A stretch of 64,000 nucleotides of DNA from contig ML996692.1 in NCBI GenBank assembly GCA_010356995.1, positions 879,933 through 943,932 of the forward strand, read 5' to 3'. The translations under genes were made by a program, and so were the position numbers. The notes below the pieces were generated by a model. That model did not search any database. It saw only the letters and a list, made by a program, of their open reading frames with translations, and was not told the DNA's origin. Each line of letters begins with the position of its first letter. Position 1 is the stretch's first letter. Origin of the DNA: Trichodelitschia bisporula. Lineage: Eukaryota. Below are positions 24,773 through 36,675 of this stretch, piece after piece.

Positions 24773-25279
24773 ATGTCTGCTCAACAGGAATGGCACGCGT
24801 CTGGCGCCGACTGCTGCTCGCCCCTGGGAACTTGTACGTTCCTCCCCGGCACTGATCTCTGATGCCCAGCTAACGAATCCTCAGGCTGCATGTCGTGGTT
24901 CCTCCCCTGCGTCGTCTACGGCCGTGTCCACCACCGGATGCACAAAGACAGCCAGCTGCAGAACTGGAGCATGTTCAACGGCGACTGCTTCGGGTACTAC
25001 GCTCTCACGTGCTGCGGCTTCCAGTGGATCCTGCAAATGATGCAGCGCGGCGAGCTGCGCCAGAAGTACGGGCTGAAGGGCTCTGGTGCGTCTCATCTAC
25101 CTTCGATTACTGCGTATCCCCTAACGACGATAGGGTGCACTGACTGCCTTTGCGCGTGCTGCTGCACTCCTTGCGATCTGGCGCAGCAGGATAAGGAGGC
25201 TGAGTTCCGTGAGAATGAGAAGGCGGGCCTCATCAATGTGCAGCCGAATAAGATGGACAACATGCAGTATGGGTCGTGA
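24773..25279 (+). CDS. PLAC8-family Cys-rich protein (about 135 aa)
   Basis: Exons 24773..24833, 24885..25085, 25134..25279. Motifs DCCSPLGTCCMSWFLPCVVYG, RGELRQKYGLKGS and DCLCACCCTPCDLAQQDKE. Confidence 0.9.
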
Positions 25280-25566
25280 GCGGGACATGTTAGTCCGGCT
25301 GGAGGGGGATATACATCCATGCGTACGATTGTTTTCAAGGGGGTCTTCTTTTACTTTCCAGGGCTGATGTACGGACTGACGGGCGTATTTACGGAGGAGC
25401 TGAATGATACCACTGTCGCGGCGGCGGGGGGACAGGTTCGCTGCGCGGAATTTGCTATCTACCGATTCCCTTCCCTGCGTTCCTTCCCGTGAACCCACCG
25501 TCGCCCTTTCCCTCCCCAATCGCCTCAAAGCCGTACGTCCCACCCCCTCCATTCCCCGAACATGAC

Positions 25567-26431
25567 CTACGCCAAACTCCTCCCTCCATCAACATCCAAA
25601 CACACGCCCGTCAAAAACGACGCCTCCTCGCTCGCCAGATAACACGCTGCATTCGCAACATCAGCGGGGCGCGCCATGCGTCCCGCCGGTATATTCGCGG
25701 ACAATGCAGCGCGGCCCTCGGGCGTGTCGGTACCGCCTTGGATGACGGTCCTGCGCCATTAGCATCAACCCTCATCGTAAGCCCGCGAGCCCACACTCAC
25801 AACATATTCGTCTCCGCAATCACCGGCTGAATGCAATTATACCGGATCCCAAACGGCGCCATCTCAGCCGCCAGCCCGCGTGTCGTCTGCTCCATCAGCA
25901 CCTTCCCTCCATCACTCACGCCGTGAGACCTACCGCCGTAACCGCCCCCTTACTCGCCGCATACCACACGAGATTCGGCCTCGGCCGCGGCGCACTGATA
26001 CTACTGATATTCACCACGATCCCCCCGCCTCCCCTCTCTTTCCAATACGGCACCAGCACCTTAGCTGAATGATACAGCGGCTTGACATTCACATCCCACA
26101 GTCTATCCACCACCTTCTCCTCCACATCCAGGCTGCTCATGGCCGGGTACACGATCCCCGCGTTATTGACTAGCACATCGACGCTGCCCCACTTTTGGAC
26201 GCAGGTCTCGAGCGCGCGGCTCCAGTCCGCGGGTTTAGTGACATCGCCTTCGAAGGCTAGACCGAGGGCATTGGGTAGTGAACTAGCTACGGCGGAAGCG
26301 GAAGCAGAGTCGATATCCCAGACTAGGACGCGAGCACCTTCGGACGCGAATTTGGCGGCTATGCCCGCGCCGAAGCCGGTGCCGGCGCCGGTGACGATGG
26401 TGACTTTGTTGGTGAGGCGGCCTGTGCTCAT
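25567..26431 (-). CDS. Classical short-chain dehydrogenase/reductase (about 255 aa)
   Basis: Exons 26431..25934, 25886..25801, 25750..25567. [12 protein letters not shown] and YAASK motifs; ends [16 protein letters not shown]. Confidence 0.93.
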
Positions 26432-26873
26432 GGTTGTAGACTGTAAGATGAAGTCGGAGGGGAGTTAGCTATGCGGCGGGTTCAAAGCGATACTTCGGCG
26501 GTTAAATGCGATATATGGCTGGACGCGGGGATGTGTCGCGCGCCGGGTATGGGAATGGTTTGCCGGACCTGGCCCCGCATCTCTTTACGGGTTGGACGCA
26601 CTGTCCCCCTGAGGAGAGATGAGGGGCTGATCGACGGGCTGATTGTGCGGGGTATGGTGCTCGACGCGGCCCAGACGTGAGGGGTGATACCCGTTCTGGG
26701 CATTGCGGGGGAGGATGTCATCACCGGCCCAAGGGGCCGCTCCGCGCGCAGGGACGGAGGCAATGTCAGGCTTGACTATCCCGTATTCATGCTACATCCA
26801 ACGCTCGTAAACCATAAAACCGCCCAAAAGCTCGTCCTCAACGCCCTGCTCCAATCGCGCTTCAACGCCTACT

Positions 26874-28332
26874 CTAATCCACCCTCCCCACGCCCCTCAA
26901 GCTAAGATAAACATCCGTCCCCCAACCCCAAAGACTCTGCACCGCAATCCCACCGCCAAAATACTCCGCATACGCCCTGCCCAGCGGGAGCCCGTACCCC
27001 AAGCCAGCGAGTGAACTCCCACCGCCCGCGCCCGAAATCGCATTCAACGCGTCGTCGCCATCACCACCGCCACGCCCACCCAGCGTCTCGCTCGCCTGGC
27101 TCTCATTGAACGTCGTGAAGCTGTAGTCCCAGATGCGCCCGTAGTTCTCGGGCGCAATGCCCCCGCCCCTATCGCGGATGCGGATCGTCACGCCGGGCGT
27201 CTCGCGCTCGAGCGGGCGGATTGCGTCGCCGTGCTCGTGCAGGTGCGACTCTGGCGACATGCTCGCGAGGTCGAGATTGCCCTGGTCGAGGTGGGTGACG
27301 ACGGAGTCGCGCCCGCCTGTCTCGGGGGCTTCGGGTAAGGGCGCGATGGTGATTTCAACGGGTTCGCGCTCGGCGCCTTTTTCGATGACGGCGCGGAAGG
27401 CGTTTTTCAAGAGCTCGGTTATGATGTATTCGAGGTGGACGGGGATGTGCGCGAAGGTGTAGTCCGGCTCGCCGGCGATGGTGACGCGTGGCCGAACGCC
27501 ATATTTGAATTCGCAGATGTCGCCGACGACGGATTCGCAGTGGCGAATTATGGAGGCGGGGCGGAGGTCGGTGTCTATTACGCCAATGTAGGAGGAGCTG
27601 TGGTGTTCAAGGACAGTGGGCGTGTGTTGGCTTCCCGAGGAGTCGGAGGAGCTAGAGTCGGAGAGCTCGTGGTGGGGTTGCGACGAGAAGTGCAGCGCGA
27701 TATGCTGCTCGGCGATAAGGCGGGTGCCGATGCGGGCGCGCAGGTGCTCGTCGAGGAAGCGCGTGACCTCCTTGGGACTGATGTACTTGCGGGCCTCGAG
27801 GAAGCCGCGGGCGAGGATGGAAATGGTGTTGTTGTGCGTCTGGACGAGGTCGGCCATGCACTCGGTGAACTTGATCTCATCCTCGAGCGAGTTGATCTCG
27901 CGCTCGGCCCACGGCAGCAGCGTGCCCAGTGAGTGCATATAGTTGCTGTGGATCTTGGAGATGTGCGGATTGGTCACGACGATGAAGGGCAGGTTGCGCA
28001 GGGACTGGATGCGGTGTGCGAGGCGCGCGGGCAGGATGGACAGGGTGAAGTTTGCGGAGCTGAAGAGCGCCGACGACGAGATTGGGGGGCGGCCATGTCT
28101 GGACTGTCAGATATGCGCGAGGGGAGCTACGAGAGACGTACTTGATCAGGTCAGCCAGCGTCAGAGGGTGCAGCGGCTTCGCAGCGAGTTCGGTGAGGAC
28201 TTCGTCGGTGACGGGCGCCTTGGTGAGTGACGACGAGCGCTCGGAGAAGGATCTTGCGAAGGGGACATTATGGAGCCACGGTGGGCGCAGACACAGTGAT
28301 TGTATGGTCACTGGCCTTGGGATGCGTGCCAT
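26874..28332 (-). CDS. Mitochondrial alpha-ketoacid dehydrogenase kinase (PDK/BCKDK family, about 471 aa)
   Basis: Intron 28141..28099. Basic N-terminal presequence; RFLDEHLRARIGTRLIAEQH, ELLKNAFRA, IRDRGGGI and GLGYGLPLGRAYAEYFGG (GHKL motifs). Confidence 0.93.
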
Positions 28333-28927
28333 GATCTAGCATCATGGTGGAGGGGAATTGTAGTGCGAAGGACGGAGGTGAGCGTGAGGGCAGAAAAGCA
28401 AAGGCCTCCAAGACAGCGGTATCCCAGGCGAGGCGCTTCCCTGCAGCTTGCGTCGTGCAGATGCGGGAGAGGCACAGAGCCAGATAATAATGGGAGGGCA
28501 GGTGGAAAAGAAACCCAATTCACGAGATCAAGCGCAGATGCCGAGCTGTCTTGTGCTTTTTGAAGCTTCAGTACGGTAAATCGGGTTTGACCTCAACGCG
28601 TCCGGTGAAGTCATCGAACTAACCGCGGCCCCGGATCAAGGGCCGCCGACCAGCTTTACCGGGGCCCCACCAGGTGTGCGGCTCCGCATGTGCGAATCGC
28701 AACCGCGGGGTGACGATGCTGCAGGGCACGGCAACTACATAGTGGAGCAGAATAGGGGGAACGCACGATGGACATCACATGTGGTTTAATTGCTTCTGGC
28801 TCACGTCTTCATCGGCGTATCTCAACTGATATCGGCCCAGACCCATGCTCCATGCCCCAGGCACCAACCACCCCACCACCCCGCACTCGACGCTCTCGCG
28901 ATGCACCATCAAGCCACCCATCTTAGC

Positions 28928-29341
28928 CTACTGCGTCGAAACCGTCTGGTCTGCCTCAACGGTATATTGATCGTTGGTGGACAGCGTGTGCACCTTGTCC
29001 TCGGGGAACTCGACTCTGCGTGCCGTCAGCGCTCCGGATTACCATTACGTAGCAATGTCCATACTGGATGCTCTTGATCAGCTTCGACTCGTGCACAATC
29101 TTGCCGCCTTGGTCGATGGCCGTCTTCTTAGCGCTGAAGGCGACATTAACACCTGCTACACAAACGATGTGTCTTCGTAAAAGACCGTGAGAAGTCTGAA
29201 GCTTACTTCTCCAGCTCGCCGGGGCTTGCACCCTCCTTGAGCGTGATCTGTAATCCTCATTAGCCCCCTCATGTAGAGCGCGGCTGGACACGAGGTCCAA
29301 GCCAGGCAGACATCACGCACCATAACAGTGTTGCCAGGCAT
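28928..29341 (-). CDS. Peptidase inhibitor I9 (subtilisin-propeptide-like, PBI2/POIA type), 72 aa
   Basis: Four exons 29341..29321, 29247..29207, 29133..29065, 29015..28928 give MPGNTVMITLKEGASPGELENAKKTAIDQGGKIVHESKLIKSIQVEFPEDKVHTLSTNDQYTVEADQTVSTQ. Confidence 0.88.
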
Positions 29342-29951
29342 GTTTAAAAGGTTGAAAGTAGTTGTTCAAAGTGTAGTTGGAGCTGTGTATGAGAGAAGTG
29401 CAATGTAGTTGTATCAAAGGAAATCTTGAAGTCAGACCTTCCCTCTTTAAACCCCTCTCTCGCCCTTACCCCATCGCAAGGCAGTGCACGCGCCCACTCT
29501 TCCTGGCCGATGACGTGCCTGTCCGCTTCAGGAAGGCTAGAACCGGCTCCGCCCGACGCGATGCGGGCTCCGCCCTCCGCCTCAATGCCCAAGGCCTGCC
29601 GGAGAGACATCCATGCCCCGCCTCCCCACTTTGCGCGGCCACTAAGCATTTAAGGGGACGAGGCCGCCGTCAGACTGACTTGGAGATGATCAGTACGGTG
29701 CAAGGTGCCGGATGGTACAACAGGTCTCTTATATTAGTTGCGGCGTATTCCAGCGAGATAATTAGGTCTATGTTCTCTCGGGGCCGTTGAATCGGGTATC
29801 TCATAACAGCAGTCCGCCTCGCCTCCAAAACAGCAAACTTCCCTTCGCCTGAACCAAGGCCAACTCCTCCCTAGCCGTATCCAAACTCCCGATCCAAGCT
29901 GTACAAGGAAAGATTAAATGATAGTGACGATAGTGCACGAAACGCGAGAAA

Positions 29952-32324
29952 CTAGGCCGCAGATGGCCCTTCCGCAAGTGACTCCCTCAGCGCGTCTTCA
30001 TTCAACACCGTGGCCTGCACTTGCGAAGGAGCCGGCGGCGGCGGAAGAAATCCAAAAATCGGTCCGGGCTGGTTGACGCCAGGAGAACGGAGTTTGAAAG
30101 GTGAAGGCGCAGGAGCTTGCGCCTTAGACGCGGCATGTCGGGACGTCGCGGGACCCTCCTCGTCCTCCTCCATGATCGACGAGCCTGAAGCAATGCTCCG
30201 CGCCAGCCGGCCTCCCACCGTGGCATCCGATCCAGGCGTCGATGACCCCTCGTCGTCCTGCAAGCGAGGGGCAGCCGAGTGACCCCACTTGTTCCACACC
30301 CAGCCACCAACTATCTGACCGAGCTGGCCGAAGCTTTGCCTTTTCTGCAGGCCTCCTGACTGGCGTCGCTGGTTGGCTGCGAGGTTGGAAAGATATGAGC
30401 TACCTGAGCGGCGCGAAAGAGCTGATGGTAAAATGGCCGTGGCATTTGCATCGCTCAATGAAGCAAGAGACGTCCCCGTTGAAGGAGCAGCCGGGTTGAC
30501 GTATAGCCGCTGACCGACGAAGCGTTGTGAGGGCCGGGATTGTAGAGTATGAATGTCCATTCCGGAGATAGATATTAAGCTTTCGTGGGACGCTGTCCGT
30601 CGCAGAGAGGGTATGAAGGCTTGGGGATCATGGTCGTGTTCGTCGCTGTGTCGAGAGGAATGCAAGGACGCTTCAAGATCCTCGTTTTCTTCGAGGATGG
30701 TGGAATGGCCTGCCTGCCACAAGTCCTGATCCAGCGAAGAAGGTTCTCGCCAAGGGCCCTTGCCCTTGCTGCTTCGGGCACCAGACGGCTGCGCCATCAC
30801 GACTGAGCTGCCAGACGCCGAACGCGACCCTCCATCGAGGTACAATCGCGGAACGGAGTCTCGCTGCGCATGGCCGAGGATCCGCGGAGACATTGTGGCA
30901 TTGCTTTCCGGGCTGGTGGGACGTGAAAAGTCCGTACCGCTGTCTCCGAATGCGCGATCGAAGATGGACTCGGTGCGTGGAGAGCTCGGGAGTGATGAAG
31001 AGCTGGTGAATCCGGTCTGGTTGGATTGCATAGACCAGCGATGCGGCCTATGTGGAAGAGAGGCTGAGGTCTCGGAAAGAATGGTGTTGATAGACATAGA
31101 GGACTGCGGTCGGGTGATCGATACGGACGGACGAGGAGTGTGCGAACCAGAGGGGGCGACGAAATGACCTGACGTGAGGCTGGTGCGCTTCTTGCGCGGC
31201 CGCCGTGCGGTTTGACGGCTGCTAGATGCGTCGCCACGAGCCGGCGCGTGATAGTGGTGGTGTACATGCAGCTCTTTGGCGCCTAACTCGACATTCAAGT
31301 TCGTCGGCTGGGTAACCGGAGACCGCTGTCCTTCGGGGCCGTCAAACATCTCCTGTCGTAGTGTCTCCACCTCATCATTAGAGCGATTCAGCATCTCGCG
31401 CAGCTCCAAGATACCGAGCTGGAGGTTGGCGTTGTCCTGCAGTATATCCTTAACAAAGTGGGACACCACATTTCCACCGCTCTCCGCCGGCAGCGTCCGG
31501 CTTCTGGCGGCCGACTTAAGGCGATCGGCAGCAGACTCCAGTTCCAGCTCAACGGCGTGTCTCCTACGCATGCGCTCGACGATTTCCTCGTGATTGGTGC
31601 GTTCGTCCGAAGCCTCGCGCTCGATCTGATCAAGCTGGCACTGGAGATTGTATATGGTGCGTTCGGCCTGCTGCCACTTGGAAACCGCCGCCCTCTCCTC
31701 GTCACGCGTCATCTCTAGCGATGAGTGTAGTAATGCCTCCTCTTCTTCTAGCCGCGCCAGCTGCGACTGCAGCATCTCGACGCGTGAGGCAAGCCCATTG
31801 AGTCGGGCGACCTCCAGCTCCGTCGCACGCAGCGCACCCGTCAGCGCCTGGACCGAAGACTCTGAGTCGACGGCAGCAGCATTGAGCAACTCAAGGTGTT
31901 CGAGCAGCTTGCGGTTCTCGCGGATCATATTCGCATTCTTCGCTTCGAGGTCGTGTTTCTCGTGCTCGAGGGCTTCCATTTTCATGAGGAGTTGGCGGCG
32001 ATCGCGTTCGACGTCGGCAACATAACTCTCATGCCGTGCCAGCAAAGCCTGCACCGCAAAAGTGAGTGACATGTTCAAGTGGGGGATGCGCAGTGCAGAA
32101 TGCGATCGGACTGGATTAGGAAGGAAAGTGGGGACTCGCTAATGGGGCAAGGGAAGGGCAGATGCGCATACCTGACCTAGTTCAGCGGCAGTCTGAGCAT
32201 TGCGCTCTGTTTCGCGCAGAAGCTTGCAGGAGTGGGCGAGGAATGCGCAGTCGGAACTTTGGCAGCAACAACGAGGAATGTGTTGGATCGCGTGTTGATT
32301 CTGCGCGTCTGCGGGGTCATGCAT
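29952..32324 (-). CDS. Conserved fungal coiled-coil protein (about 749 aa)
   Basis: Exons 32324..32172 and 32048..29952. N-terminal CCC...C then TAAELGQALLARHESY, a long heptad region, VVSHFVKDILQDNANLQLGI and a Ser-rich tail. Confidence 0.85.
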
Positions 32325-33377
32325 GAGGACTGTTACCTCGGGAGTGATAGCGTAGTAGGGTAATCAGGTTTGGTTTGACGATAAGGATGAATCATAGCAA
32401 GAAGAAAAGAAGGACAAATTCACAGTTTAAAGAGCAGGTGAAGAAGGATGAGAAGAGTGAATGGGGAGGGAGGCGATAGATGCGACTGAAGGTTTATTGG
32501 ATGTTCGGAGTAGGTACGGTATGAACTGGGTTCCTACATAATGTATAGTGGCACAGACGTGGAGCCAGCAGAACAAGGGCGAAAAGCAGGTCCCAGCCTG
32601 TGAGCTGTGGGGACAAGATGTTAGTGGGGGGGCCTGTTTATTGTTCTAGGGGGGAGGGGGGTGGGGGGTGGGGGAAGCTGTGAGAGGGGGGATTCGGGTA
32701 TGGGGGGCAGAGGAAGAGGGAGGCGGGGAAACAGAAGTGAACGCGAATGAAGATTCGCTGTTCCTTCTTTCCTTCATCCCCAGCCACCTTACTTTTTTCT
32801 CTATCGCACGAAGCGTATGTTGCCGTGGTTGCATTTGGGGAGACTTCAAGTCTCCACAGCCAACCAGTAAAGTCTATCTCTTTCCTCATGACGATAGGGC
32901 ATAAAGACGGGCGACGATGGGCTAGAGTAACGTCATGCATCCGAACAAGGAATGTGGCTCATGGCTCTTTGCGGTGCCGTCACATGCTCTGGTATTTCTG
33001 CGGTGTTTCCTCAATGGGACCTTTGCCGTTTCAGGCAACCCACAAGTGGTCCAGAATTGAGATTGAAAAAATCCATGATCCATGGTCCTTGAATCCAGAT
33101 GAATCCATGAACCATTCATGACGTGCAGTGCCCTTGCTCTTTGCTTAAGGTTAGTCACTTCTGTTTCGACTGATGGCCGACCTCACGTCTTCCTCGCCAT
33201 GCCTCCTCCCCACACTCGTGGCGCTCTCCACTCTCCACTTTTCACAGCATGAGCATACCCGTAAAGGTAATTGGAGCAAAGACTCTGGATTGAAGATCGG
33301 ATCTGCTGTAGCACTACCTAAACCTCAAACATACCGTCTGATACCTCCTGCCAGTGAGCCCTTCCGAACTCTCTCCC

Positions 33378-35435
33378 TTACGGGGCCGTATCCATAGCTT
33401 CCCCCTCGTCCTCCGTAGCTTTGCCTTCGTCCTCCGCAGCTTCCCCTTCGTCCTCGGCAGCTTGGACTTTGCAGACTTCCAGGAGCTGGTTGAAGATCTT
33501 GGCATCCTCAGGTTTCCAGGCCACCCGAATGCCGCGAACAACGGCGATGCCCAGAGCCTTGCAGCGGTCATCGTTGGTGATCCACTCCTTACGCCCAGTC
33601 TCTTCAATTTCCCTTTTGCAGTTGTTCAGGTAATCGATCATCGCATCCACTGATTCTTGTCTCACTTTCCGAGCCCAAGCCTTTTGGAAAGGACCCCAGC
33701 CCTTGAAAGGCCGCACACGCATAATGACACTCTCGATGTCGATGCTCACAGACTTGCCGACAGAGCGGTTCCCAATCGTAAAAGAGGTTCCAGTCAAGCG
33801 GCACTGTATCTGCCGCTTCTTGCCACCCATGCCTATGATAATCAGGATTTCCTTGACCTGAAGCTGAGAGGGCGGCCGCATAGGTTGGTCGTACAAAACC
33901 TCATCGCCGACATTAACTTTGTCCCAGCCGATGAAGGCCGACTGCAAAGAGATGAGATGAATTTTCTCGTGGCGGACGTACACAGTCTTCTCGATGGGCG
34001 AGAACGTACGCGCGAGCTTGCTACCCCACGCCACGGACGGGTGGAGGCTGTCGGTATCATCTCGAAGCACCGTCATGATGAACGGGCTCAGATTTTGATG
34101 GTGAACCAGATGGATGGGAGCTGCCGCGTTCACCGGCACAGCAGCCGGATCGACGAGCTCTTGCACATGGTACATGCCGTCATAATTTGAGTCCGAGTCG
34201 GAAACACTCAAGGGGATGATCATACCAGCAATCCATTCGACTCCCTTGATCTCATTCGGCTTCTTGGTGAAGATGACGATTTCACCCACGCGTGGAGCGA
34301 AGGGGTCGGCCTCTTGCTCGCGGACATATTCGAGGCCCTTGTGGCCGATGACGTAGTCCGGGCTGAATTTCTCCGTAATCGGTTCAGCTGTGTTGCCCTT
34401 GGCGCGCATGAGGTCCGCATACACGTCTGGGGCGCCGTGCTCATCGGTCTTCGGGCCAGCAATGGCATCGGGCTCCCAGTCACGAACGGTGTCGGTCTCC
34501 TGGTCAGCTTCGGCATCGGGCGCCTGGTCAGGAGCAGCATTTGTAGCCGGGTTAGGAACGGGAATGTTCTTCCGCTCTAATGTCAAGTCATTAGTATCAC
34601 ATTTACTTGTATAGCGAGCTGCCTTACCTTTGCGCGCTTTCTTAGGCGGTACAGCCTCCGACTCATGACTAGCTGTCCGCTTCTCCAGTGCCTTGGTGTT
34701 CACAGCCGAGGGCCTAGCAAGGATACGAGCGGAGCGGCGGCCAGCTGCCGAGATTGGGCCAACGTCGTCGGTGATCTCAACCTCAGCGTTAGAAGCCGAC
34801 ACAGCGTTGCCGACATCTGCACTAGGTTCAGGATTCGACTGAGGCTGAGGAGCCCGGGCCCGCGGAAGCGTCTTGCACAGGCGGCACCGACACGGAATTG
34901 GAGGTGAATTTCCATACTTGTCCAGGTGGACGGCATGATCGGCCATCGACGTGGCCGAGTTGAAGTATTTGCCGGACGGATGTCCCCAGGCATAGAAGTC
35001 AGTACGATCCTAGCCAATTAACAACCATCTCATCTTCAGTTGGAATATACTTACACCATTGGTATGGCTGTACATCCGATACCCGTGAGGCAACTCATTC
35101 AACACGTAGTGGCGCCCTGAAGCATGTGAGCATTTGACAGTTTCAGATGGTTGCTCCGAGCTTCGCGGAGCGATGAGATGAGGGCTTACCAGCGAGCGTT
35201 GCCGCTCTACCATTCCGGCTCTCCTGGATTCTGTCACCCATGACTTGACGCCATTTGGCCGTGCCAGACTCGCCCAGCAGGACATAAGGGGGGTTGCGAT
35301 TCGGCGCCACTTTGCTCGCGTCCCCATCTGACTTGCCGTCGTCGAACTCGATAATCACCCACTCAACCTCCTCACTGTAGCGGCGTCAGTAATAGAGCAC
35401 GAAGGGATGGAGGATATATGGACGGACCTAGCCAT
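33378..35435 (-). CDS. Clr2-like (cryptic loci regulator 2) heterochromatin silencing protein (about 628 aa)
   Basis: Exons 35435..35428, 35374..35190, 35116..35055, 35009..33378 keep frame. N-terminus SDG...YVLNELPHGYRMYSH..RTDFYAWGHPSGKYFNS....HAVHL...CRCRLC matches the Clr2 N-terminal pattern; PRVGEIVIF, WIAG and FIGWDKVNVGDEV match the C-terminal domain. Confidence 0.78.
33393..33455 (-). repeat. 21-bp coding tandem repeat x3 (EDEGEAA/EDEGKAT/EDEGEAM)
   Basis: Read directly at the C-terminus of the Clr2-like ORF. Confidence 0.85.
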
Positions 35436-35522
35436 TTTGGGCACCTTTCTGGTGATTAGCACCAGACAACAAGAACGGCGAGAAGGGAGCGAAGAGAGCT
35501 GGTTGGGGGCTCGTGGAGGACT

Positions 35523-35564
35523 GGTGGAGAATCAGTGCTGGAGAATCAGCGCTGGAGAATCAGT
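35523..35564. repeat. 14-bp tandem repeat x3 (G[C/G]TGGAGAATCAG[T/C])
   Basis: Three adjacent copies about 90 nt upstream of the Clr2-like ATG. Confidence 0.85.
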
Positions 35565-35948
35565 GGTGGTTCGGTGGTGGACAATCAAAGGTTTCGTCGG
35601 AGAGGGAGGCACACCGATACTTAAGGCCACCGTTGGAGGCCCATTCACGGATCCTCCGGGCCGTCAGAGCTCCGAAAGGTTTTGGCGAGCCAACCAGCTC
35701 GCCGGCTGGCGAACGGGGAAGAAGTGGCCGCTGGGGGCGGGGGACCGGGAGGGGGGGTATTTCCCGAAGGGGCGGGTGCTCGGGAGACAGTCTCGGCAGA
35801 GGGTGCCGGCCCGATGGGGCGGGTGCAGGCGCAGGTCTCGGCGTGCGCGCCGTTGCCGAAGTGATCTCCGGCGGCTATCGCCCCTGCACGTCGCGGCTGT
35901 GCGGCGCGGCTGAGAGGGCGAAGAGGAGGAGGGTAAGGCGAGTACAAC

Positions 35949-35991
35949 GCCCCCTCACGGGGGATGTGATAGGGCACCCCCGTGAGGGGGC
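35949..35991. repeat. Perfect 15-bp GC-rich inverted repeat with 13-nt spacer
   Basis: GCCCCCTCACGGGGG (35949..35963) is the exact reverse complement of CCCCCGTGAGGGGGC (35977..35991). Confidence 0.95.
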
Positions 35992-36675
35992 ATGCTCCCT
36001 TGTGGAGCCAGAAAAATATCGTCAAGTCAAATGAAAGTAAAGATTATAATGATGCCAAAGGCTCAAAACAAACAGGCCCAGTATATGTAGGGGGGCGGTC
36101 GTTAGGTATATGACCTCCGTAAGGGGCGGTGATCCCATGTAGAGGGAGAAGATATAGGGGATAATTAATGATGCCAAAGACATCGGTCGGGACTGCATCG
36201 TCGGGGTTGCATAGCGAGATTGAAGGTGGTCGCGGCACATGTCGATGGTTGCAGATTGAGGACTCTTGGTGAGGAGGTGTGTTGTTTCGTGGAAAGAAGA
36301 GGATGGAGTTGAAAGATGTCTAGGGAAATGGATGGTGGTCAAAGCGCCAGGCTTCGGGCCTTCAACCGAGGTTTTACCGAAAGTTTTTCCATGCCGCCGG
36401 AGCTACACGTGTGGGTAGAGCTCGTGATGTGTGTATTACCCGCGACTCAGACCCCGTGCAATGTGGTACTTCTCTGTGTATCGCGTTCAAGCTGGTGATA
36501 CCCAGTCTGCGGTTCGAAAGCGGCTTCCTGCTGGCCCATGGGCAGAACGAATAGACATGCTCGATCACGAGATGCAGACATGGCCCACCGAGGAGATTCA
36601 CCTATGATAGCACCTCAGCACATTCAATATAATGCAGGCGGTAAGGCGTAATGCAAGACCCACGAGGGCATCTCA

